IMG/VR virus record: IMGVR_UViG_3300032227_000993
DNA: 64,000 nt
Reading direction: 5' to 3' (one strand)
Origin: a virus
Lineage: Duplodnaviria; Caudoviricetes
The position numbers and the translations under genes were made by a program. Each line of letters starts with the position of its first letter. Positions within the stretch are counted from its first letter, which is position 1. Below the pieces are notes generated by a model. The model saw only the letters and a list, made by a program, of their open reading frames with translations. It did no database searches and was not told the DNA's origin. This document shows positions 57,010 through 64,000 of this stretch, one piece after another.

Positions 57010-57521
57010 AAGTCTACTCGCTTGATGTGTGGTTTGGACATGGTTTGAATAACTTCCTTGGCAACAAACTCCGCAGACATTTTTTTAACATCCAAATGAG
57101 CAATCATCTGTGTGTCAATGGCACCAGGATTAATCAATTTAATATCACATTTACCTAGCTTAACAAATTTAGTAAAGGCCTGTTGTAACGCAGATTTGTG
57201 AATACGATAACTCATGTATTCATATTCTTTTTCTTTCTCGATGCGAGTGTAATCAACAATAGAACTACCAATATTGATGATTTGTTTTTTAGGATCATCC
57301 TGCCAAGCATAAAAAAACTGTTCTAAAACAGTGACTTGCGCCCACTGATCGTAGGCACAGTTAACGCAAACATCATAATGATAAAAATTAGGACCCCAAG
57401 ACTTGACATTGTGTATGTCGTGACCTGTAGCACGACTAATTTGTGTAACTGTATGAGCTTGCTCTAGCTGGTTGGCTAAGGCCTGAGCAAGTCCAGAGAT
57501 ACCGGTTATTAAAATATTCAT
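57000..57521 (-). CDS. Short-chain dehydrogenase/reductase
   Basis: ILITGISGLA, INIGS, YRIHK (YxxxK) and INPGAIDT motifs. Confidence 0.8.
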   Translation of the reverse strand: MNILITGISGLAQALANQLEQAHTVTQISRATGHDIHNVKSWGPNFYHYDVCVNCAYDQWAQVTVLEQFFYAWQDDPKKQIINIGSSIVDYTRIEKEKEYEYMSYRIHKSALQQAFTKFVKLGKCDIKLINPGAIDTQMIAHLDVKKMSAEFVAKEVIQTMSKPHIKRVDLWQ

Positions 57522-58144
57522 TTTAAATCTGTCAAAATTTGTAAAAACTTCTTGGGCTTGTCGTTAAACAAGTGATAATTATCGCTGCTATGAAACAATT
57601 CTCTTTTAAAAATAGTAGCATCACCTTGATGCCACTCTTGTCCTACATATTTTAAACTAAGAAACAATCGGTCATCGTTCCAACAATGCGATAAATTTTT
57701 ATTCCAAAAATCTAAGTCTACAGGATGTTCAACAGGCGGATTGTTTTCTTTGTAAATGTAAAAATCATTGTAGTCAGCAGTTTGATCAAAAAAGATAGTA
57801 CGGCTTTTGTAATCCTCAAACGGAATTAATAAACTGTACCACGGTTTACTTCCTTTAACTTCACGAATGTAGTCGCAGTGAATATCCCACGGCAAAAATA
57901 ATTCAACATAATCTACTTCGATAACTGTGTGCTCACCTAAAATGTCATACATTTTATCTTTTAAAATGTCAGCCAGCTGATCTGTGTCATTCCAAGTATG
58001 CCAACTTTGCGTAGCCACCAATCGGTCAGCAAATTTTCCCTCTTTAGCAACATATTCTTCCTGCGGCCAAGATAAAGCAATGCTGTGTAAGTCGGCCAAC
58101 TGGTCCTTAGACAACCAATTAGTCAGTTCGTAGATGTCTTTCAT
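57518..58144 (-). CDS. Putative 2OG-Fe(II) oxygenase/cupin-fold protein
   Basis: WDIHCD (HxD) and a distal W..GD..IF.R..FHSS motif. Confidence 0.55.
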   Translation of the reverse strand: MKDIYELTNWLSKDQLADLHSIALSWPQEEYVAKEGKFADRLVATQSWHTWNDTDQLADILKDKMYDILGEHTVIEVDYVELFLPWDIHCDYIREVKGSKPWYSLLIPFEDYKSRTIFFDQTADYNDFYIYKENNPPVEHPVDLDFWNKNLSHCWNDDRLFLSLKYVGQEWHQGDATIFKRELFHSSDNYHLFNDKPKKFLQILTDLK

Positions 58145-59628
58145 GCTGTTTCCTTCAACATTACACTAAACTTTTTCTTATCTAACAATGTAGATTTCTC
58201 GGCCAAGGTCTTCAACACCAATAATTCTTCACGTACTCTGGGCATAGGATAACCTAGTTTAACACATAACTCATGTATCTCCAACCTTCGTTTTATTCGT
58301 TCTCGCAAGGTGTTATTGTTACAAGACCAACTGTACAAACTGTCAAACTTGATGGTGTCATTTAAGTCAATACCTAGATCAGTAACCATACTCATGATAG
58401 GAGTATGCTCATACAAGTGCATGGTGATGCCCCAGCGAATCATAAAGATAGTACCAGAGTCAGCATATTTTTTGTATCTGATAAGAGCATTGATGTTTTC
58501 TTGATGATCATACTCAGATTCAGTAGGATATCCCACTATCATTAATAAAATGTTAGGAATACCCCAACGAGCACATTGTTCAAAGTGATAATCAATATCT
58601 GAATTGGAAAATTTCTTCTTCATATGATTACGAATATCGTTACTAAAACTTTCAATGCCAGTGATAAGCATACTACAACCAGCCAAGTGCATTAATTCGT
58701 AGGTGATTTCTTTTTGATGTTCAGCCGGTCTACAAATAAACTGTCCTTGATAACGAATGGGTTGTAATTCAGGATGTTTTTGTTTTTCATTGTACAGTAA
58801 CTCGTTGAATTTGTTGAAATTACTAACACTACCGTTGATTAAGCTATCGGTAAATTCAAATTCGGTAATACCATATTCATAAAAATGTTTTTTAATTTCA
58901 TCAACAACACTTTGAGCATCTCTGTAACGAAACTTGGGCCAAGTCAGTTCAATATCACAAAATGTGCATTGTCTTACGCATCCGCGGCTGCCTGTAATTA
59001 GAATTTTTTTATTTTGATATCTACTCATATCAAAATATTCGTATGTAGGAATAGGCAACACATTTAAGTCTTCGATTTGAATAGGATTGTTATTGTTTAT
59101 TCCATTGTAAGGCAATTCTTTTTTGAGCAACTTGTCTAGTGTAATTTCGCCTTCACCAAAGATAACATAGTGAGATAATTTGTGTTTTAGTAAATATTCA
59201 CCAAATATTTCTTTGTTACTGGCACTGGTATCTGTAGATACTCCTGAGCCGCCGGTGACGCTGGGTACATCGCAAACTTCAGAATACCAATCTAATACTT
59301 TAGTGGCAATTTTATTACTCCAGTAGCTGAATACACTAAAACAAACATATTCGGTTTCAGAATTGACTTTGCTAGCCAGTTGATTAACAAAGACATTTTT
59401 TAATTTTTCTTCCAGGCCTGGATTTAACTCTTCTGTAGCAAAAGAGCACCACGCTTCTAAATTTTCCCACTCGGTATCAGACAACGCATCTAATAGATCC
59501 AAATTGTAATCAAATATAGTAACATCGTATCCGTTGTTTTTTGCTATGCTTGATAAAATAGCCAAAGCACCAGGAGGAAAATTAGTTTCCACCTTGGGTA
59601 GCGAAACAAGCACAATGTTTTTCATCAA
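58141..59628 (-). CDS. Cobalamin-binding-domain radical SAM enzyme (class B methyltransferase-like)
   Basis: N-terminal P..LA.L....GGSG B12-type domain; SRGCVRQCTFCD; GIES; VGYPTE. Confidence 0.85.
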   Translation of the reverse strand: MMKNIVLVSLPKVETNFPPGALAILSSIAKNNGYDVTIFDYNLDLLDALSDTEWENLEAWCSFATEELNPGLEEKLKNVFVNQLASKVNSETEYVCFSVFSYWSNKIATKVLDWYSEVCDVPSVTGGSGVSTDTSASNKEIFGEYLLKHKLSHYVIFGEGEITLDKLLKKELPYNGINNNNPIQIEDLNVLPIPTYEYFDMSRYQNKKILITGSRGCVRQCTFCDIELTWPKFRYRDAQSVVDEIKKHFYEYGITEFEFTDSLINGSVSNFNKFNELLYNEKQKHPELQPIRYQGQFICRPAEHQKEITYELMHLAGCSMLITGIESFSNDIRNHMKKKFSNSDIDYHFEQCARWGIPNILLMIVGYPTESEYDHQENINALIRYKKYADSGTIFMIRWGITMHLYEHTPIMSMVTDLGIDLNDTIKFDSLYSWSCNNNTLRERIKRRLEIHELCVKLGYPMPRVREELLVLKTLAEKSTLLDKKKFSVMLKETA

Positions 59629-60035
59629 TTGATTAATTTTTTAATTTCGTTTACTATTTCTGGATGAAGATTATCTACACCAATGTATTTGTCGTAGAAA
59701 TGTTCAACATTTTTTTGCTCTTCAGGCAAAGAATCAATCCGCCCTTGAATATCTTTGTTGCGATAATCTTGAAAAAAGTTATTGCTAATTGTAAATTGTA
59801 TTTTGTGATCTTGAAGTAAAATGTTAGCAAGCCAATAATCAACCATGATGTTATTGTATCTAACAATAGGCTTTATTTTATGTGGCTTAAACTCAACCGC
59901 AATGTCAACAGGCAATGCATCGTCAAAGGTAACTACAATGTTACTAGTAGCATATTCTTCTTTGACTAAGCTATTATTTATAAAAACTTTGACAAATTCA
60001 AAATTGTTGATGTCGGCCACTTCTAAACTGTTCAT
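59625..60035 (-). CDS. Hypothetical protein
   Basis: ATGA-coupled on both sides. Confidence 0.6.
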   Translation of the reverse strand: MNSLEVADINNFEFVKVFINNSLVKEEYATSNIVVTFDDALPVDIAVEFKPHKIKPIVRYNNIMVDYWLANILLQDHKIQFTISNNFFQDYRNKDIQGRIDSLPEEQKNVEHFYDKYIGVDNLHPEIVNEIKKLIN

Positions 60036-61795
60036 GCCACCTCAATATCTGTGTTGTAACTAGTAAATCCACCTTCCTTTACAACCTTTAGTATGTTTTC
60101 CACCCGACCAGCCAACTCATCTCTATGTGAAACAAGCCATATCGACTTATGTCGTTCACGTGACATCTGCTTTAATAATGCCAATGCTGACTCAACACCC
60201 TGCGTATCTAACCCGTTGTCAATCATCTCGTCAATAAACAACACGTTGATAGGTGTGTAAAGCGATTCAAACACATCTCTAAATGCCCATGCCATACTTA
60301 GTATCAATCTATTGCGTTCACCTCTGGACAGATTATCAAAGTCCAACTCACGACCCAGTTCTTCAATACTAACAGTCAAGTCATTTTGGAATACTACAGT
60401 ATGCGGAAGACCAATACGATCTAAGTAATGTGTTAAGCGAGCGTTCAAGTAAGATAAGTTCTGCTCAATAATCTTTTTACGAATAAACGAATCCTTGCTT
60501 GTTAACAATTTAAGTAGGAACTCTTGATGTTCTTGTAAACGAGTCAGCTCGTTTAGTTGATCGTAAGTAACCTCTTCTACGGCTTGTGTTTGCATGTCCG
60601 TGATTTGCTCGGCATATGGATCCACTTCGGCAGTTTTATCTTCTAACTGCTTTTGTAAGTTAGCCAAGGTGGCACGATGTTGAATAGCCTGCTCTTCCTT
60701 ATCATAAAACATTTTAGGAGGCTTGCCTAACGTGCCCAGGGCGTCGTGGGCATCCTGTAGGCTTGCCAGTCCAATAGCATATTCTTCGCAACTCGCTCTA
60801 GCCGTTGCCAGTTCGCTCTTCTTGCCCGCCATGACCTGTTCGTGCTTCTGGTCGTGAAAGGCTTGACCGCACGTATGGCAGGTATGTGATTTGAGAGTTT
60901 CGATTTCCTTTTCCAACTTAGCCACAGTTTTAGCTTCACGGGCTTGGTCCAGTTTCCCCCTGCTGATTGCAGACGCAAAATCGTTGATATCTTTACGTTT
61001 CTGATCCCATAAGGTGTGCGCTTTGTGAGCCTCAATCTCCGCATCAATGTCGATCTCTTGTAGTGTCGCCAGCGCGGTCGTAATTTTAGTTTTCTCTTCT
61101 TCATTTTTCGTGACCCACAAAGTTTGTCTACGTTTTAATGCTTCGATCTGTTCTTCGATGCGCTTGTTAGCATCTTGTACAGCACGAATTCTAAATTCTT
61201 CTTTGGTAATATCATCCTTGGTAGTGCGATTAAGTTCTTTAATCTTATCAGCACGTTCACTCAGCATGGTAATACCCAACAACTGTTCAATGATAGTTCT
61301 TTGATCGTTGGCCTTTAACGACAAAAACGGTTCAGTGTAGGTATTCAACGCCATGATATGCTTGAACATATCATGACTCATGCCCAGTATGTCCTCAACG
61401 GCGTCTTGTGTTTCGCGACTGTCGCCTTGTGCGTTGTCTGTGCTTTCTGTTTCTGTGTTGTTTACATAAAACTTTAAGATGTTAGGTTTGCGACCACGTT
61501 CAATTTTGTAATCTACATTGCCAACACTAAAGTCTAACGACACCAACATATTCTTACCGTTAGTTTTATTAACCAAATTATCCTTGCGGATGTTGCTTAA
61601 TGCTGTGCCATACATGGCATAGCTCAACGCATTGATTATGGTAGTTTTACCAGTGCCATTGCGGCTACCGTCGCCGCCTAAGTCTAAGTTTTCACCTAAC
61701 ACCAGAGTAAGGTCTTTTCGGTCAAAGTCAATGGCTTGAGTGGAGTTGCCCACACTCATAAAATTCTTTACGGTTAACTTCTTTATATTGATCAT
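60032..61795 (-). CDS. gp46: Recombination endonuclease ATPase subunit (Rad50/SbcC-like)
   Basis: NGTGKT Walker A, CHTC zinc hook, LSRGE signature, FIDE Walker B, VSH. Confidence 0.93.
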   Translation of the reverse strand: MINIKKLTVKNFMSVGNSTQAIDFDRKDLTLVLGENLDLGGDGSRNGTGKTTIINALSYAMYGTALSNIRKDNLVNKTNGKNMLVSLDFSVGNVDYKIERGRKPNILKFYVNNTETESTDNAQGDSRETQDAVEDILGMSHDMFKHIMALNTYTEPFLSLKANDQRTIIEQLLGITMLSERADKIKELNRTTKDDITKEEFRIRAVQDANKRIEEQIEALKRRQTLWVTKNEEEKTKITTALATLQEIDIDAEIEAHKAHTLWDQKRKDINDFASAISRGKLDQAREAKTVAKLEKEIETLKSHTCHTCGQAFHDQKHEQVMAGKKSELATARASCEEYAIGLASLQDAHDALGTLGKPPKMFYDKEEQAIQHRATLANLQKQLEDKTAEVDPYAEQITDMQTQAVEEVTYDQLNELTRLQEHQEFLLKLLTSKDSFIRKKIIEQNLSYLNARLTHYLDRIGLPHTVVFQNDLTVSIEELGRELDFDNLSRGERNRLILSMAWAFRDVFESLYTPINVLFIDEMIDNGLDTQGVESALALLKQMSRERHKSIWLVSHRDELAGRVENILKVVKEGGFTSYNTDIEVA

Positions 61796-62559
61796 ATAGG
61801 TTTGTTTTTCATAGCCTCTTTGTGACTATTGTACAGAGTATTTTCTATTTTTCCTAGCTGTTCGGTTGAATACCACTCCAAATCTACTCTAGGCATTATG
61901 TACTGTTTGATAAAATCAAAGTGTATCAGCGGACAAGGTTGAACATAGGTTTTAAGATCCACATCAGCATACTTACTGTAGTATCTAAAATTCTCCATGC
62001 CTCTGTATTCTTGGTGCCATAGCCAATTGTTGTTGTTTATGTCCATGTCTTTCAAAAACGGTAAACAATATGTTAATAAAAATTTAAAAGATTTATTCTT
62101 TTTTTCCAACAACATGGTAGCATAATCTATGTACATCTTTGTTCTATTTTGATGTTGCTGATATGAAATAAATTTGTTATGATATTCTTGAACGAATTCG
62201 TTTTTGCTGGCACTACTAATCCAGTAACTATTATTTTTTATTGACAACACGTTTTCATTGTAAACGGGATCTTTGTCAATTTGCTCCTGCCAAAAAGTTT
62301 TAATATCTGGTGCGTGTTTTAATAATAAATCTAACCGATTGACTTGAGTCCACTGGAACAAAATCACATCAGCAGAGTCAATGTGTGCCCGTAAGCACTC
62401 GGTCATGTATTCGTTGCCGGCCCCATACCTAGACAGATTAGTTAAGTTAACATTTGCAGCCATTTGTTGTACCAGTTCTGGCCACTTGATGTAATTTCTA
62501 TACCACGGCGGAGTTGCGTTGCTATCACCAAACCCATCAGCAATAGTTAATAAATTCAT
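61792..62559 (-). CDS. Hypothetical protein, possibly SGNH-hydrolase-like
   Basis: ADGFGDS, NLSRYGAGN, VILFQWT..NR motifs. Confidence 0.45.
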   Translation of the reverse strand: MNLLTIADGFGDSNATPPWYRNYIKWPELVQQMAANVNLTNLSRYGAGNEYMTECLRAHIDSADVILFQWTQVNRLDLLLKHAPDIKTFWQEQIDKDPVYNENVLSIKNNSYWISSASKNEFVQEYHNKFISYQQHQNRTKMYIDYATMLLEKKNKSFKFLLTYCLPFLKDMDINNNNWLWHQEYRGMENFRYYSKYADVDLKTYVQPCPLIHFDFIKQYIMPRVDLEWYSTEQLGKIENTLYNSHKEAMKNKPI

Positions 62560-63386
62560 AATACTCCTTGGTCAATTAACCAGTGTCGTATTTGATTGGT
62601 ATCATTAAAAAAGTCTGGCATTTTGGTATGCTCAACTTCAATGTTGTATGTTAACCAAATATAATAATAAACAACAGCTTGTGTCCATACATCAGTTATG
62701 TGTGACAGTAAAAAATTTTCATCACGCTTAATGTACTCCATAATTTTCTGTGCCTGCAACACAGGATCAATGTAAAGTTTATTGGCACGGTACCACTCTT
62801 GATGTGTAGCACTAAAATCAGTTAACTTGATGCCAGCAGATTCAATCCTTGATTTAAAAATATCATAATCAACAATTTCTGCTATGTCTATGTTTACGCA
62901 ATCATCTTCAGGATTCCACAAGCTTCGAGTAGGATGATGTTTTAAAAAATAGAGAAATTTTTGTCGCTTGCCCCAATCCTGGTCGGTCCAATACAAATTT
63001 TTTAGGCAATGTTCTTCTAACGAAGATCTCATGGCTTTCACAATCATGGTGTGTATTCCAATAGGAAACGACCACTTGCTGTATGTAACTTTTAGAACTG
63101 TAGACTTAGGAATAAATGTTTTGAATTTTTTAGATTGAGAAGGCGCTCCGTTGTCAATCAGCACACAGTGATTTCTATTCGGATCAAATTTGTAGTCGTA
63201 GCGGTCAGGATCAAACTTCCATTTTGGAGCCACCGGACTAAAGGCATGGCTATTGCCATCCTTGGCAAAAGCCAAATCGGTCAACGGTCTGGTAAAATTA
63301 TCACCGTACAACGAAATTACAGCAGAGATGTAATGGCCAAATCCGCCACTGGGATACCAGATACAATAAATGTTATTCATGTGCAA
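62556..63386 (-). CDS. Hypothetical protein, possibly sulfotransferase/P-loop-like
   Basis: IWYPSGGFGHYI N-terminal loop. Confidence 0.4.
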   Translation of the reverse strand: MHMNNIYCIWYPSGGFGHYISAVISLYGDNFTRPLTDLAFAKDGNSHAFSPVAPKWKFDPDRYDYKFDPNRNHCVLIDNGAPSQSKKFKTFIPKSTVLKVTYSKWSFPIGIHTMIVKAMRSSLEEHCLKNLYWTDQDWGKRQKFLYFLKHHPTRSLWNPEDDCVNIDIAEIVDYDIFKSRIESAGIKLTDFSATHQEWYRANKLYIDPVLQAQKIMEYIKRDENFLLSHITDVWTQAVVYYYIWLTYNIEVEHTKMPDFFNDTNQIRHWLIDQGVL

Positions 63387-63942
63387 CTTTAAAGATTATC
63401 TCTAACAGCGGATTATTTGTTGTGACATCATAAGAAAATTTTTCCACAATGTAACCGCTGACCTGTAGATTATGTAGGTTGTGTATGCGATCTGTAAGTC
63501 GGTTGTCATCAATAAAAGTAGGATTGACTCGGAAAATTATGCGTTCAGGATTGCACAAACTGCTAATATCTGATAGTGTTTTACTGAATTCTTCAACTGT
63601 TAGATATCTTAAAAAACTTGATCTATCAAAAACCAATGTGGATTTTTCTACAGTAATTTGCGGCCACATAGGTTCAACTCCAGGTTTTGAAACAAACGTG
63701 TAATCGTACATATTGGGCTCATCTTTAAATCTTGTGGTGGCCCAGAAGTTTTTTTCAACACTGGTGATATTAGAATTTGGAAATAATCTTTTGTAATACC
63801 ATCCGCAACAATCAAAAATCACAAATCTAGCACCAGGATAGCTGCTTAAATTAACTAAATTATTTATTGTGTCAAACTGTTGTCTATAGGCCTGTTGATA
63901 GAATGCCAAATGATTTTCAGAAATGTATTTAGGGGCTAGCAC
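63373..63942 (-). CDS. Hypothetical protein
   Basis: 189-aa ORF overlapping the next gene in the same operon. Confidence 0.55.
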   Translation of the reverse strand: MLAPKYISENHLAFYQQAYRQQFDTINNLVNLSSYPGARFVIFDCCGWYYKRLFPNSNITSVEKNFWATTRFKDEPNMYDYTFVSKPGVEPMWPQITVEKSTLVFDRSSFLRYLTVEEFSKTLSDISSLCNPERIIFRVNPTFIDDNRLTDRIHNLHNLQVSGYIVEKFSYDVTTNNPLLEIIFKVAHE

Positions 63943-64000
63943 GTTGACAATGTATCCATGTTAAAGGTTGAACAAAATTAAAAGCGGTTCCAAGGTCGTT

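Noticed and set aside
63943-64000. Possible C-terminus of gp47 at the window edge
   Set aside because: None of the three minus-strand frames gives a recognisable sequence, and the segment is too short to call.
1-64000. CRISPR or guide-RNA arrays, tRNAs, stop-codon reassignment
   Set aside because: No regularly spaced repeat-spacer array or cloverleaf was seen. Core genes are full length and TAA, TAG and TGA all act as stops.

Overview
A 64-kb segment of a large T4-like (contractile-tailed) phage genome in the standard genetic code. It holds the tail sheath, neck (gp13/gp14), tail terminator (gp15), about 25 kb of Gly/Asn/Thr-rich tail fibre and baseplate genes, the head module (gp23, gp22, gp21, gp20), two tandem tape-measure-like paralogs, gp26/gp51-like hub chaperones and gp46. 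Accessory genes include HNH and GIY-YIG nucleases, dNMP kinase, a DEDDh exonuclease, a Nudix hydrolase, a TPR-GT9 glycosyltransferase, a PHP-less DnaE, an aminoacyl-transferase-like triplet and a radical-SAM/oxygenase/SDR cluster. The most notable signals are: a U_UUU_UUC -1 frameshift site joining gp26 to gp51; an AUU start for gp14 behind an HNH gene that appears to occupy its promoter; twin tape measures with different muralytic domains; a roughly 100-nt promoter-to-terminator RNA behind the DnaE cassette; a 445-nt structured non-coding region behind a GIY-YIG gene that shares a TAAGGCATCA box with the DnaE leader; and widespread candidate leaderless genes. Protein family calls come from motifs recognised by eye; no searches were run.
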